Below are positions 51,432 to 62,276 of a stretch of 64,000 nt of DNA, piece by piece. The position numbers and the translations under genes were made by a program. The DNA lies in sequence record DRR723986_5346. One strand, written 5' to 3'. The notes beneath the pieces were generated by a model. It searched no databases and was not told the DNA's origin. It saw only the letters and a list, made by a program, of their open reading frames with translations. Numbering within the stretch: position 1 is the stretch's first letter; each line of letters starts with the position of its first letter.

Positions 51432-52580
51432 ATGAGTAAAAATAAACAACTACTTTTTGCAGCTATAATAGGTTTAGCGCTAGTGTCATGTGGAGGTGAA
51501 GAATCGACTTCAGCTTTAGATGATTCGCTAATCGCATTAAATGCAGAAAGAGATTCATTAAAAAATTTACTCTCTGAAGTAAATGCTAAAATTGCTGAAT
51601 TGGACACCACTAAAGGAGACAACAGTCCTATTGTATCAGCACAAGACGTTGTCATAGATAAATTCGTGCATAAAATTGAAGTTCAAGGTGCCGTTGATAC
51701 GGATGAGAATGCAATGTTGAATGCCGAGGCGAGTGGGGTCATTAGAAAAGTTCATGTAGAAGAAGGCCAAAAAGTAAGTCAAGGTCAAGCTCTAATTACA
51801 ATTGATGCTGCCATTCTTTCTAATCAAATTCAAGAAATTGAAGCACAATTAGAGTTGGCCAATTTTATGTTTGAAAAACAGAAAAAATTGATGGAGCAGG
51901 GCGTAGGAACGGAAATTGAATTTGAACAAGCAAAGGCTCAGAAGAATTCATTGGAAAAATCTATCCAAACGCTAAGAAGTCAACAAGGAAAAACTGTTGT
52001 ACGTGCTCCTTTTTCAGGTGTTGTGAACGAGGTGATGGTGAGCTTAGGTGAAATGGCTGCTCCAGGAGTTCCTTTGTTGAGAATTGTAAATGCAAGAGAT
52101 GTGAAAATTACTGCTTCATTGTCTGAGAATTTACTTGGGAAAGTTAATGTTGGTACTCAAGTTGATTTGATTTTCCCTTCTTTAAATGATACCATCATTA
52201 GATCAAAGATCACAAGTAAAGGAAATTTTATTGATCCTGTTAACAGAACATTTAGAATCAGAATTGATGTGAAGAATAACAAGGTGTTGTTACCAAATCA
52301 ATTAGCGAAAGTCAATGTGACTGATTTTGTTAAGGATAGTGCAATTGTTGTAAATACGATATCCATATTGCAGGATACGAAGAATAACACTTTTGTCTAT
52401 AAACTGAAGAAAGATGGTGACGTTTACAATGTGAAAAAAGTGTATGTGAAGGTTGAGAAAAATTACCTTGGAAGATCAAGCGTAGTTCCGCTGAAAGATG
52501 GAGCTTTGAAACCGGGAGATAAAATTGTAGTTGAAGGTGCTAAGGGAATTACAGAGGCTGATCAAGTAAAAGTTCAATAA
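51432..52580 (+). CDS. RND efflux periplasmic adaptor (lipoprotein)
   Basis: Lipobox LVSC; VEEGQKVSQGQ, VRAPFSGVV, IDPVNRTF. Confidence 0.93.
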   Translation: MSKNKQLLFAAIIGLALVSCGGEESTSALDDSLIALNAERDSLKNLLSEVNAKIAELDTTKGDNSPIVSAQDVVIDKFVHKIEVQGAVDTDENAMLNAEASGVIRKVHVEEGQKVSQGQALITIDAAILSNQIQEIEAQLELANFMFEKQKKLMEQGVGTEIEFEQAKAQKNSLEKSIQTLRSQQGKTVVRAPFSGVVNEVMVSLGEMAAPGVPLLRIVNARDVKITASLSENLLGKVNVGTQVDLIFPSLNDTIIRSKITSKGNFIDPVNRTFRIRIDVKNNKVLLPNQLAKVNVTDFVKDSAIVVNTISILQDTKNNTFVYKLKKDGDVYNVKKVYVKVEKNYLGRSSVVPLKDGALKPGDKIVVEGAKGITEADQVKVQ

Positions 52581-52587
52581 GAAAGAC

Positions 52588-55500
52588 ATGAGTATAGAGA
52601 ATCAAAAAGAGTTCGGTCTATCTTCATGGGCTGTAAAAAATCGTAAAACAGTCTATCTGTTTATCGTAATGATCCTATTCGGTGGAATGGGGGCGTATGT
52701 GAGTATGCCAAAAGAAAATTTCCCGGAATTGCAGATTCCAGAGATTTATGTGGGAATCGCCTATCCTGGGAATTCACCCAAAATCATTGCGGATAAAATA
52801 ACTGATCCTATTGAAAAGGAATTGAATTCAATTAAAAATGTAGATGAGATAAAGTCTAATTCTATAGACGGATATGCTTCAATACAGGTAAAGTTTGATT
52901 TCAAGGTTTCGACAAAACAGGCCCTGCAAGAGGTGAAAGATGCCGTGGATAAAGCAAGGGCTTCAAAGGGGTTTCCAAATGATCTACCTGTTGAGCCGAA
53001 TGTCTTTGAAATGGATATTTCGCAGATGCCAATCATGAACATCAACCTTTCGGGAGATTATTCAATTGTACAGCTCAACGAATATGCTGAACGCATTGAA
53101 GATTTGATTGAGGATTTGCCTGAAATTTCAGAAGTTGACATCAGAGGTACCCAAGAGCAAGAAATGCAAATCATGGTGGATCCTAAAAAGGCTGAGGCCG
53201 TGGATGTTTCGTTTGGAGACATTCAGGCAGCTATCCAGAATGAGAATATCACTATGTCAGGAGGCGAATATTTGGATGGAACAACCAAACGAACCATTCA
53301 AATTGAAGGAAAGTTTAAATCTGAGGCTGAGATAGGGAATGTAATTGTGAAGCAAGAAGACTATAAACCGGTCTATTTGAAAGATGTGGCACTAGTAGAA
53401 TTTGCAGATGCGGATACAACTTCTTATGCCCGAGAGCGTGGTAACACGGTAGTGATGCTGGATGTAAAAAAACGAAGTGGTGAAAACCTATTGATTGCAT
53501 CTGAAAAAATCAATCAAATTTTAGAAGATGTAAGAACCAAGAAAATTATTCCAGACGGTGTTAATATTTCTGTTACTAATGATCAATCTGATAAAACTGA
53601 AGAGATGGTTTCGAATCTTGAGAACTCGATCATTTTCGGTGTTTTATTGGTTGTAGGAGTTTTATTATTCTTTTTAGGATTACGAAACTCTTTATTCGTT
53701 GGTGTGGCGATTCCGCTATCCATGTTCATGTCATTCTTGATTTTATCTTCAATGGGGGTTACCCTCAACGTAATGGTATTGTTCTCCCTTGTATTGGCAT
53801 TAGGTATGCTTGTGGATAACGGAATTGTGGTAGTTGAAAACGTACAACGTTTAATGGAAGAGGGCTATGATGGTTTTACAGCTGCTAAAAAAGGTGTAGG
53901 CGAAATTGCATGGCCAATTATTGCTTCAACAGCTACCACACTTGGTGCATTCATTCCACTCGCCTTTTGGCCAGGAATGATGGGAGAATTCATGAAATAC
54001 CTTCCGATTACGCTAATTATTGTATTGGGGTCCTCATTATTCGTGGCATTGATAATCAATCCGGTTTTAACGGCCATGTACATGAAGTTGAAAGAAACAG
54101 CTCCAACTTTTTCGAAGTCGAGATACATCATTTCAGTTTCATTAATTGGTTTAGGATTTTTAATGACGCTTAACTCTGGACCTACAGGTGTGAGTGTATT
54201 CATGTTAGGTGGATTGGTGATGCTGGTTTCTAAGTACTTATTTATTGCAAGGGAGACCAAAATAAAGTCATTAATGATTCCATTTTTAACCTTGTTATTT
54301 TTTGGAATATTATTCACGATAGCTGGTAAAATTGTTAGTGGAAATTTATTGTTGATTGGAGCTGCAGGGGTAATCTTAAATAGATTAGCGCTTCCGGCAA
54401 TTGACAGTTTCCAAAACAAGTTTTTACCTTGGTTAGAAAATAAATACCAATCAATTTTAAAATTCGCATTAATAGGAAGAAGACCAGTAGGGTTCTTTTT
54501 AGGGATGTTTGGATTATTGTTTCTTTCTTTTATTGTTCTAGGGATTTTTACTCCTAAAGTGCTATTCTTTCCAGAAAATCAGCCGAATTACGTCAATGTT
54601 TTCATCCAACATCCAATTGGAACAGACATAAAAGAAACGAATAAAACGACTTTAGAAGTTGAACGACTGATCACAGAAGAGATCATTCCAACCGAAATTG
54701 CTGATACTGTTGGTAAACCATTTGAAAAATGGATTATCCAATCTGTAATTGCTCAGGTAGGTGAAGGAACTTCAGATCCTGCACAGGGAATAGTGATGGG
54801 GAATACTCCGCATAAAGGAAGGGTAACCATTAATTTTGCAGAATTTAAAAACCGTGGAGATTATGTCACGGGAGAAATTATGGAAAAAATTTCTTCAGGA
54901 TTGAGGAATAAATTCCCTGCAGATGTTCAAATTACTGTAGATAAAAATAATGAAGGACCTCCGACCGCTCCACCGATTAACATTGAGGTAAAGGGTGAAG
55001 TGGATTATGATGAACTTATTGCCGAAGCAGATAGAATAAGACTCTTTCTAGATCGTAAAAATGTGGTAGGGGTAGATAAATTGAAGCTGGATGTGGAAAC
55101 TGGAAAACCGGAGCTGAAGGTTGAAATAGATCGTGAAACTGCGCGTTTATTCAACACTTCTACCGGACAAATTGGAAATGCCTTGAGAACAGCCTTGTTC
55201 GGAGCGGACATTTCTACTTATAAGGTGAAAGACGAAACATACGATATCGTTGTCCGATTTGATAAAGAATCTCGTAATGATTTGGACGCCTTGTTAGATC
55301 AGAAGTTGATTTTTAGAAACAACAAAGGTCAAATGTTGAGAATCCCAATTCGTTCTTTGATTAAAGAACCAAAACCAACAACAACTTATAGCTCGGTTAT
55401 TCACAAGGATTTAACGCCTGTTGTAACTGTTTTTTCTTCTACCACTGAGGGTGCGAATCCAAATGAAGTGGTTGCAGAATTGGAAGCTTTGATGGATGAA

Positions 55501-56211
55501 TATGAATCAGAGTTTGAAATGAATCCTGCGATTGAATATCAATTTACAGGTGAGCAAGAAGAACAACAGAAAGAAATGGACTTCTTGCTAACTGCCTTAG
55601 GAATTGCTGTATTCATCATCTTGCTGGTGATTGTTGGCCAATTCAATGCCTTTTCAACTCCTGCAATTATCATGTTTGCTGTGCTGTTCTCATTCATTGG
55701 TGTACTGCTTGGAGAAGTGATTTTCCAAATGGACTTTGTGATTATGATGACTATGATTGGAATTATTTCACTGGCCGGAGTAGTTGTGAATAATGCGATT
55801 GTATTGATAGACTACACCAATTTAATTCGTAAAAGAAAACGTGAAGAACTTGGTTTAGGCGAATTTGATCAATTGCCTTTGGACGAAATTAAAACCGCAA
55901 TTGTCCAGGCTGGTAAAACAAGGTTAAGACCAGTATTATTGACAGCGATCACAACCGTATTAGGATTGATTCCTTTGGCAGTTGGAATTAACATTGATTT
56001 TACCACCTTATTGACTGAGTATGACCCCAACTTTTACATAGGTGGAGACAATACCATGTTCTTTGGTCCAATGTCATGGACGATTATATTTGGATTGACA
56101 TTTGCCACCTTTTTGACCTTAATTATCATTCCTGTTATGTATTTATTATTCTACAGGTTTAAATTATGGTTACACAAGTTGGCTGGATCACCAGTTAGAT
56201 CTAATATTTAA
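52588..56211 (+). CDS. RND efflux permease (AcrB family)
   Basis: GMLVDNGIVVVEN, RLRPVLLTAITT, about 12 or more TM helices. Confidence 0.95.
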   Translation: MSIENQKEFGLSSWAVKNRKTVYLFIVMILFGGMGAYVSMPKENFPELQIPEIYVGIAYPGNSPKIIADKITDPIEKELNSIKNVDEIKSNSIDGYASIQVKFDFKVSTKQALQEVKDAVDKARASKGFPNDLPVEPNVFEMDISQMPIMNINLSGDYSIVQLNEYAERIEDLIEDLPEISEVDIRGTQEQEMQIMVDPKKAEAVDVSFGDIQAAIQNENITMSGGEYLDGTTKRTIQIEGKFKSEAEIGNVIVKQEDYKPVYLKDVALVEFADADTTSYARERGNTVVMLDVKKRSGENLLIASEKINQILEDVRTKKIIPDGVNISVTNDQSDKTEEMVSNLENSIIFGVLLVVGVLLFFLGLRNSLFVGVAIPLSMFMSFLILSSMGVTLNVMVLFSLVLALGMLVDNGIVVVENVQRLMEEGYDGFTAAKKGVGEIAWPIIASTATTLGAFIPLAFWPGMMGEFMKYLPITLIIVLGSSLFVALIINPVLTAMYMKLKETAPTFSKSRYIISVSLIGLGFLMTLNSGPTGVSVFMLGGLVMLVSKYLFIARETKIKSLMIPFLTLLFFGILFTIAGKIVSGNLLLIGAAGVILNRLALPAIDSFQNKFLPWLENKYQSILKFALIGRRPVGFFLGMFGLLFLSFIVLGIFTPKVLFFPENQPNYVNVFIQHPIGTDIKETNKTTLEVERLITEEIIPTEIADTVGKPFEKWIIQSVIAQVGEGTSDPAQGIVMGNTPHKGRVTINFAEFKNRGDYVTGEIMEKISSGLRNKFPADVQITVDKNNEGPPTAPPINIEVKGEVDYDELIAEADRIRLFLDRKNVVGVDKLKLDVETGKPELKVEIDRETARLFNTSTGQIGNALRTALFGADISTYKVKDETYDIVVRFDKESRNDLDALLDQKLIFRNNKGQMLRIPIRSLIKEPKPTTTYSSVIHKDLTPVVTVFSSTTEGANPNEVVAELEALMDEYESEFEMNPAIEYQFTGEQEEQQKEMDFLLTALGIAVFIILLVIVGQFNAFSTPAIIMFAVLFSFIGVLLGEVIFQMDFVIMMTMIGIISLAGVVVNNAIVLIDYTNLIRKRKREELGLGEFDQLPLDEIKTAIVQAGKTRLRPVLLTAITTVLGLIPLAVGINIDFTTLLTEYDPNFYIGGDNTMFFGPMSWTIIFGLTFATFLTLIIIPVMYLLFYRFKLWLHKLAGSPVRSNI

Positions 56212-56225
56212 ATTTTGATAACAAT

Positions 56226-56255
56226 AAAAAAGGCTGCATTTCTTGTAGCCTTTTT
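56226..56255. terminator. bidirectional intrinsic terminator
   Basis: AAAAAAGGCTGCA-N5-TGTAGCCTTTTT between convergent genes. Confidence 0.8.
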
Positions 56256-58542
56256 ATTTAATTCCTTTTCTGTTGAATAAAACGTAGCCAAAGCTAACCT
56301 GAAAGGTTAATGGATTAATGATAGATTCGCTGCCAATATAACTAACTGTTGCTCTTAAAGGCCCAATCGGAGAATGATAGACCACAGAAGCTGACCCCAT
56401 ACCAAATCGATCTTCAAAGAAATTGCCATCTACAGCAGTACCATTCACATCTTTAATTCTAACGATTGGTTGAAAGATATAAGCTTCAATTCTAATATCC
56501 ACGTAATCCTTTATCGAGAAAACATTCATCAACCCACCTCCAAAATATTTATTGGATCTAAAATCATCATAAAAGGCCAGGTTGGCATCCGGAATTGGCG
56601 CAAAACTATGTGCAGATAAGATACTGGCTCTAAAATTCTGAAAATAAGGCTGAATAGAATAAACAGCTTCCGTCATTATTCCTAAACGATAAACTCCTTT
56701 ACGCATGAAATAATTAGTGTAATGTAATTTTAAAAAGCCCCAGTTCTTTACTGTATTCGTAGGAGTTTGATTCATAGAGGTAGAACCCGGTTCAGTTGTT
56801 TCAATTCCATGGACAAATCTGGCCTCCGCATGAAAATCATATCCGGCAGATGGAAATTGCTTTCTATTTAACGAATTCATTGAAAACTTTATTCCTGGAG
56901 AATAATAAAGAAACTTTGTGAAATCAGCCGTATCGGCGTTGGTGAAATCCTCAATTTGATAATAATCATCTTCAGTTTTACCATTCGAAAAATCAACTGT
57001 GACTTTACTTTTAGAAGAGGTAGCAATATGATATTGTAAGGCCCAAAAAACTTCGTTTTGAACTATGTATGAAGGTTTTACATCTTCAAAGAATGTAGCA
57101 AAACTTCTGAAATAATCCCATCTATTCATTACAAACATTGGCTCAATATATGACGTTGAAGGGGTAGGGAGGTAGAACTTTAAACCAGCCTTTACGGATC
57201 CATAAAACTTTCCAAAATAGGCATTCGCATAAACTGAGACTGGAGTCAGTTGAAAATCCGAATAGGAGAGACTTAAAAAACCGGTATTTACGGGTCTTGA
57301 AGAATAATGCCCCCCAAATGCCACCTTTAAAGGCTTTTCTTTTTTAATCGATAAAGACAACTTTTGTGTTGAATCATCTAAGAATTCCAGTGTTGGGAAA
57401 ATTGAACGAATGTGTTCTGATTGATACAGCCTTAGATAACGCTTCTTAAGTTTGTTATAATCTAAAATTTCGTTTTTCTTAGTTTTTTGCAGTTTACTTT
57501 CAATATAATCTGCTTGTTCTTTTTTTACTCCATGACTTTCAATTTTTGATACTTTTAGTTCAGGTTTTTTAGCGTGATATTTTTTACGTAATTCTCCCTT
57601 TTCTTCAGCTGTTACTTCCCGGGTTACGAATTGTTTAATACTGTCAATTTTTGCTATTGTAGTGGCGTACCCAATGTCAATTGCCTCTTTGATTTTATCA
57701 AATTCAAAAGTACCGATACTTGACATGTCTGGTTCAAGAATTATCCCCGATTCACAGGGTAAAGAATAGTCTGAATGGGTTGAAAACATATTTCTAACCT
57801 GAGACATCAGGTCGTCTTCAACTGGCGGCGGTTCATTATAGGAAACATTACTTCCTATAATATAGTCTGGGTCAAATTCGTTATACATATCTTCTGCGGG
57901 AAAGTTGTTATACAATCCTCCATCAAACATTAATATCCCATCTATTTCTATCGGATTGATAAAGAAGGGATAGGTCATTGAAGCCCTAACAGATTGGTTT
58001 AAACTCCCTGACTTGAAAAGAATTGAACGTTTGGTAACAATATCAGAAGCAATACATCTAAAAGGAATAAATAAACTATCATAATTCTCATGAGCATTTT
58101 TTGGGTTTAATCCCAAAATGTGCATCATTTGAAGATCTAAAAAAGTCGGATTCAGAACGTTTGTCGCCAAGGCTTTCTGAAATATTGAATCTTTTGCTAA
58201 TCGTAATGAAAAAAGACTCGCATCAGCCTCCGGAACTTCAATAAAATTTTTGAATTCATCTTCAATATCTCCTGAGGCAATGACTTCAAAAGATTCTGAA
58301 AGTACTAATCGTTCAATTTGTTCAGGTGAATATCCTGAAACATAAAGGGCGCCAATCATTGCTCCAGCTGAAGTACCCGTAATGTAATCTATCGGAATAT
58401 TGTTTTCTTCAAGGGCTTTTAAAACGCCAATGTGTGCAAAACCAGTTGCCCCGCCGCCACTTAAAACAAGACCGACCCTTTGAGCATTAACTGAGAAGCT
58501 CAAGACAAAAAACAACAGAAATATGATAAACTTTCTTAGCAT
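56254..58542 (-). CDS. patatin-like phospholipase with C-terminal beta-barrel (PlpD/type Vd-like)
   Basis: LSGGGATG, GTSAG, FDGG; aromatic beta-strand C-terminus FQVSFGY. Confidence 0.85.
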   Translation of the reverse strand: MLRKFIIFLLFFVLSFSVNAQRVGLVLSGGGATGFAHIGVLKALEENNIPIDYITGTSAGAMIGALYVSGYSPEQIERLVLSESFEVIASGDIEDEFKNFIEVPEADASLFSLRLAKDSIFQKALATNVLNPTFLDLQMMHILGLNPKNAHENYDSLFIPFRCIASDIVTKRSILFKSGSLNQSVRASMTYPFFINPIEIDGILMFDGGLYNNFPAEDMYNEFDPDYIIGSNVSYNEPPPVEDDLMSQVRNMFSTHSDYSLPCESGIILEPDMSSIGTFEFDKIKEAIDIGYATTIAKIDSIKQFVTREVTAEEKGELRKKYHAKKPELKVSKIESHGVKKEQADYIESKLQKTKKNEILDYNKLKKRYLRLYQSEHIRSIFPTLEFLDDSTQKLSLSIKKEKPLKVAFGGHYSSRPVNTGFLSLSYSDFQLTPVSVYANAYFGKFYGSVKAGLKFYLPTPSTSYIEPMFVMNRWDYFRSFATFFEDVKPSYIVQNEVFWALQYHIATSSKSKVTVDFSNGKTEDDYYQIEDFTNADTADFTKFLYYSPGIKFSMNSLNRKQFPSAGYDFHAEARFVHGIETTEPGSTSMNQTPTNTVKNWGFLKLHYTNYFMRKGVYRLGIMTEAVYSIQPYFQNFRASILSAHSFAPIPDANLAFYDDFRSNKYFGGGLMNVFSIKDYVDIRIEAYIFQPIVRIKDVNGTAVDGNFFEDRFGMGSASVVYHSPIGPLRATVSYIGSESIINPLTFQVSFGYVLFNRKGIK

Positions 58543-58625
58543 TTATTCAAATGTAGCCATTCCAATCCAAACATCAATTGCAAGGATATCTCTATTCTAA
58601 TCGTATCTTTGCCAAAAGATTTGGA

Positions 58626-59780
58626 ATGAAAATAGTAGCGAAAACGCTTTACGGTTTTGAGGAGGTATTAGCTAAGGAGTTAAAAGACCTAGGCGTTAAA
58701 AACACAAAAATTGGTAATCGAGTTGTTGAATTTGAAGGGGATAAAAGATTATTGTATAGCTGTAATTTATGGCTAAGAACCGCTATTTCATTGCTTGTTC
58801 CGATTAAAAAATTCAATTTCAGAGATGAAAGCGATCTGAAAAGAGAGTTTTCGAAATTGAACTTTAATCAATACATGTCGAGTAATAAAACCTTTGCAGT
58901 AAAAGGTGCTGTTAACTCTAAAGAATTCAATTATACTAAATATCCCATGTTGTTATTGAAAGATGCCATTGCAGATTTTTTTAATGACAAGTATGGAAAA
59001 CGTCCTAGTGTAGATACGAAGAGTCCCAATGTGGTTTTTGATATCCATATTTCTGACTATGAGTGTACCATTTCAATTAATAGCTCTGGAGCACCGTTGT
59101 TTCAAAGAGGGTACCGTAAAGGTACTGGTCTAGCACCTTTGAATGAAGTCGTAGCGGCTGGCTTGTTGTATCTTTCTGGTTGGGATCAAAAATCGAATTT
59201 AATTGATGTTTTTTGTGGATCGGGAACAATTCCGATTGAGGCCGCTTTAATGGCCAACGGAATGCCTCCAAATATTGCCCGAAAATATTATTCATTCCAG
59301 TACTGGCCTGATTATGATCAACAGTTATGGAAAGAGATTTATGATGCAGCTCCGAAAATTCCAAAAAGAGATTTAGGATTTCAGATCATTGGATCAGATA
59401 CTGATGGAGATGTGATATTAAAGGCAAGAGAAAATGTAAAAGCATTGCCTTTAAGTAAAACGGTATCTTTTGAAGTAAAAGATTTTAAAGATGTAAAGGC
59501 GCCTGAAGGTGGGACTTTAATTTCAAATCCACCTTATGGTGAACGAATGGACGATTATGCTATTTGGGATTTGTATAAAGAATTAGGTGATTATTTTAAA
59601 TTGAATTTGCCTGGATACAATTGTTGGGTGCTGAGCTCAAATTTTGATGCTTTTAAGCGAATTGAATTAAAGCCTTCTAAGAAGATTCAAGTTTATAATG
59701 GCTCATTGAGTTGTGATTTTAGAAAATATGAAATTTTTAAAGGATCATTGGTGGAGCATAAGTATGGCGAGAAGAAATGA
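58626..59780 (+). CDS. THUMP-domain RNA m2G methyltransferase (RlmL-like)
   Basis: RGYRKG..APLNE, FCGSGT, ISNPPYGER; TATCTTTG promoter at 58604 supports ATG 58626. Confidence 0.88.
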   Translation: MKIVAKTLYGFEEVLAKELKDLGVKNTKIGNRVVEFEGDKRLLYSCNLWLRTAISLLVPIKKFNFRDESDLKREFSKLNFNQYMSSNKTFAVKGAVNSKEFNYTKYPMLLLKDAIADFFNDKYGKRPSVDTKSPNVVFDIHISDYECTISINSSGAPLFQRGYRKGTGLAPLNEVVAAGLLYLSGWDQKSNLIDVFCGSGTIPIEAALMANGMPPNIARKYYSFQYWPDYDQQLWKEIYDAAPKIPKRDLGFQIIGSDTDGDVILKARENVKALPLSKTVSFEVKDFKDVKAPEGGTLISNPPYGERMDDYAIWDLYKELGDYFKLNLPGYNCWVLSSNFDAFKRIELKPSKKIQVYNGSLSCDFRKYEIFKGSLVEHKYGEKK

Positions 59781-60199
59781 ATCACTCGCTCAAATATCTG
59801 AAGAGCGAACTATTAGCTGAAATAAAATTTGAAACCTCCAGAAGTGGAGGTAAAGGAGGACAAAATGTAAATAAGGTTGAAACTAAGGTAGACGCCCTAT
59901 TTGACATTGAAGCTTCAAACTTGTTTGATTTCAGTCAAAAAGAAAAACTAAAACGCAATTTAAATTCACGTATTTCGGATGGAATTCTGCGATTGTCTTG
60001 TCAAGAAAGTCGCTCACAATTGCGGAACAAGGAATTGGTGATTGAGAGGCTCATCAATTTATTAGAAGAAGCGCTTAAAGTGAGGAAAAAACGCATTCCC
60101 ACTAAAATTTCTCCAGCTAAGAAGAAGGCAAGACTAAAAGCCAAGAAAATCCAAAAAACAAAAAAAGAGCTCAGAAAAAAGCCACGAAAGGAAGAATAG
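59777..60199 (+). CDS. arfB: alternative ribosome rescue peptidyl-tRNA hydrolase
   Basis: RSGGKGGQNVNKVETKV, RSQLRNK, basic C-terminal tail. Confidence 0.93.
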   Translation: MNHSLKYLKSELLAEIKFETSRSGGKGGQNVNKVETKVDALFDIEASNLFDFSQKEKLKRNLNSRISDGILRLSCQESRSQLRNKELVIERLINLLEEALKVRKKRIPTKISPAKKKARLKAKKIQKTKKELRKKPRKEE

Positions 60200-60214
60200 C
60201 TTGAGTTTTCAAGT

Positions 60215-60307
60215 TAGAACCTAGAGCCTAGAATCAAGAATCAAGAATCAAGAACCAAGAATCTAGAATCTAGATTCTATACTCTAAACTCTCTATACTC
60301 TAGAATC
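60215..60307. repeat. degenerate heptamer tandem array (consensus WAGAATC)
   Basis: tagaacc tagagcc tagaatc aagaatc aagaatc aagaacc aagaatc tagaatc tagattc tatactc taaactc (tc) tatactc tagaatc. Confidence 0.9.
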
Positions 60308-60993
60308 TAACGAACAGCTGCTAAAAAATAATCCCAAATCGGATCTTTTGGCGGCGGCGCAACAATACACACGGGCTCTTTTTTGACAGGATGTTCAAAT
60401 TCAACTTTACGTGCCAATAAATGAATAGATGCATCCTTATTAGAGCGTCTTGCTCCATATTTGACGTCTCCTTTAATAATCGCGCCAGCTTGAGATAATT
60501 GCACCCTGATTTGATGATGACGTCCCGTTTTAGGTTTGACTTCTACCAAGAAAAAATTGTCTGATTTTGCTAAACATTGATAATCCAATTCAGCCAATTT
60601 ACCATCATTTTGAGTGACATAACTCTTATTCTGCTTCTCGTTTTTTTTCAGCTGATGAATAAGCTTGCCGGTAGAAGGTTGCGGTTCTTTCTCTGTTACC
60701 GCCCAATAAGTTTTTTGCACCTTTTTATCCGCAAATAACTTGTTCATTCTACTCAATGCTTTAGAAGTTCGAGCAAAAATCACGATCCCTGAAGTGGGTC
60801 TGTCTAAACGGTGAACAGTTCCAAGAAATACGTCTCCTGGTTTATCGTACTTTTTTTTAATGTACGCTTTCACGTAATCACTTAAAGGGGCATCTCCAGT
60901 TTTATCGCCTTGAACAATGTCACCAGATTTTTTATTGACAACAATTAAATGATTGTCTTCAAACAATACTTCTAAAGGTCTAGTATTGCTCAT
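60307..60993 (-). CDS. RluA-family pseudouridine synthase
   Basis: [31 protein letters not shown]. Confidence 0.93.
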   Translation of the reverse strand: MSNTRPLEVLFEDNHLIVVNKKSGDIVQGDKTGDAPLSDYVKAYIKKKYDKPGDVFLGTVHRLDRPTSGIVIFARTSKALSRMNKLFADKKVQKTYWAVTEKEPQPSTGKLIHQLKKNEKQNKSYVTQNDGKLAELDYQCLAKSDNFFLVEVKPKTGRHHQIRVQLSQAGAIIKGDVKYGARRSNKDASIHLLARKVEFEHPVKKEPVCIVAPPPKDPIWDYFLAAVR

Positions 60994-61795
60994 CTTCGTT
61001 TGGGAAATCTCCAGATCTTACATCCTTGATGTACTTTTGAAACGAATTGAACATTTCATCATATAAATTATGGTACTTTCTTAAAAATCGTGGATTGAAT
61101 TCGTTGTTGATTCCCAACATATCATGGCTTACCAATACTTGCCCATCAACTCCATTACCTGCACCAATTCCAATCACCGGAATAGCTAATTCTTTTGCAA
61201 CTCTTGCGCCTAAAGCAGCCGGAATTTTTTCAAGGATTAAGGCGAAACATCCGGCATCTTCTAACAATTTAGCATCTTCTATTAGTCGCTCTGCTTCTTC
61301 CTCTTCCTTAGCCCTAACGGTGTATGTTCCGAATTTGTAGATAGATTGTGGCGTCAATCCTAAATGACCCATTACTGGTATCCCTGCGGTTAAAATTCGT
61401 TGAATAGATTCCAATACTTCTTTTCCTCCTTCAAGTTTTACCGAATGGCCGCCGGTTTCTTTCATGATTCTAATGGCAGATGTCAAGGCTTCTTTAGAGT
61501 TTCCTTGATAAGATCCAAAAGGCAAATCAACTACAATCAAAGCTCTTTCAACAGCTCTAACCACAGAAGCAGCATGATAAATCATCTCATTCAATGTAAT
61601 CGGCAAGGTAGTTTCGTGTCCGGCCATTACATTTGACGCAGAATCACCTACGAGTATGATGTCTACGCCTGCACTATCAAGTATGCGAGCCATAGAATAA
61701 TCATAGCCGGTTAACATTGAAATGCGCTCACCATTTGATTTCATCTCTTGCAAGACATGTGTGGTGATTCTCTTTACGTTTTTATGTACTGACAT
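60980..61795 (-). CDS. panB: 3-methyl-2-oxobutanoate hydroxymethyltransferase
   Basis: [46 protein letters not shown]. Confidence 0.97.
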   Translation of the reverse strand: MSVHKNVKRITTHVLQEMKSNGERISMLTGYDYSMARILDSAGVDIILVGDSASNVMAGHETTLPITLNEMIYHAASVVRAVERALIVVDLPFGSYQGNSKEALTSAIRIMKETGGHSVKLEGGKEVLESIQRILTAGIPVMGHLGLTPQSIYKFGTYTVRAKEEEEAERLIEDAKLLEDAGCFALILEKIPAALGARVAKELAIPVIGIGAGNGVDGQVLVSHDMLGINNEFNPRFLRKYHNLYDEMFNSFQKYIKDVRSGDFPNEDEQY

Positions 61796-61892
61796 TTGCT
61801 TTCAGAATAATGTTTGCCAAAAATAGGTATAATTTAAGTGTGGAATTTGAAAGTAGATTAAAAATTAGCCGTCAAATCAGTATATTTGAGAT

Positions 61893-62276
61893 ATGTCACA
61901 AAATGTACTGGTATTAGGCGCAAGCCATAAGAAAGAAAGATATTCTAATATGGCGGTTAGAATGCTATTAGATTATCATCATCAAGTTTTTGCTAGAGGA
62001 AATAAATCAGGATTCATTGAATCAGCAGAAGTGGTGACAGAAAATAAACCTTTTGATGACATTGATACCATTACGCTTTATTTAAACCCAACGAACCAAA
62101 AAGTGTTTTATGAATACATTTTAAGTTTAAAACCTAAGCGCGTTATTTTCAATCCGGGTACCGAAAATAAAGAGCTGCAGCAGCATCTTTCAGAAAATGG
62201 AATACTATTTGAAGAGGCATGTACCTTAGTGTTGTTAAGAACAAATCAATTTGAACTTGAAAATTCTATATTTTAA
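61893..62276 (+). CDS. CoA-binding domain protein
   Basis: VLGAS..ERYS, DTITLYL, RVIFNPGTEN, ACTLVLL. Confidence 0.88.
   Translation: MSQNVLVLGASHKKERYSNMAVRMLLDYHHQVFARGNKSGFIESAEVVTENKPFDDIDTITLYLNPTNQKVFYEYILSLKPKRVIFNPGTENKELQQHLSENGILFEEACTLVLLRTNQFELENSIF

Noticed and set aside
60215-60307. Possible CRISPR array
   Set aside because: 7-bp units with no spacers, and no cas genes.
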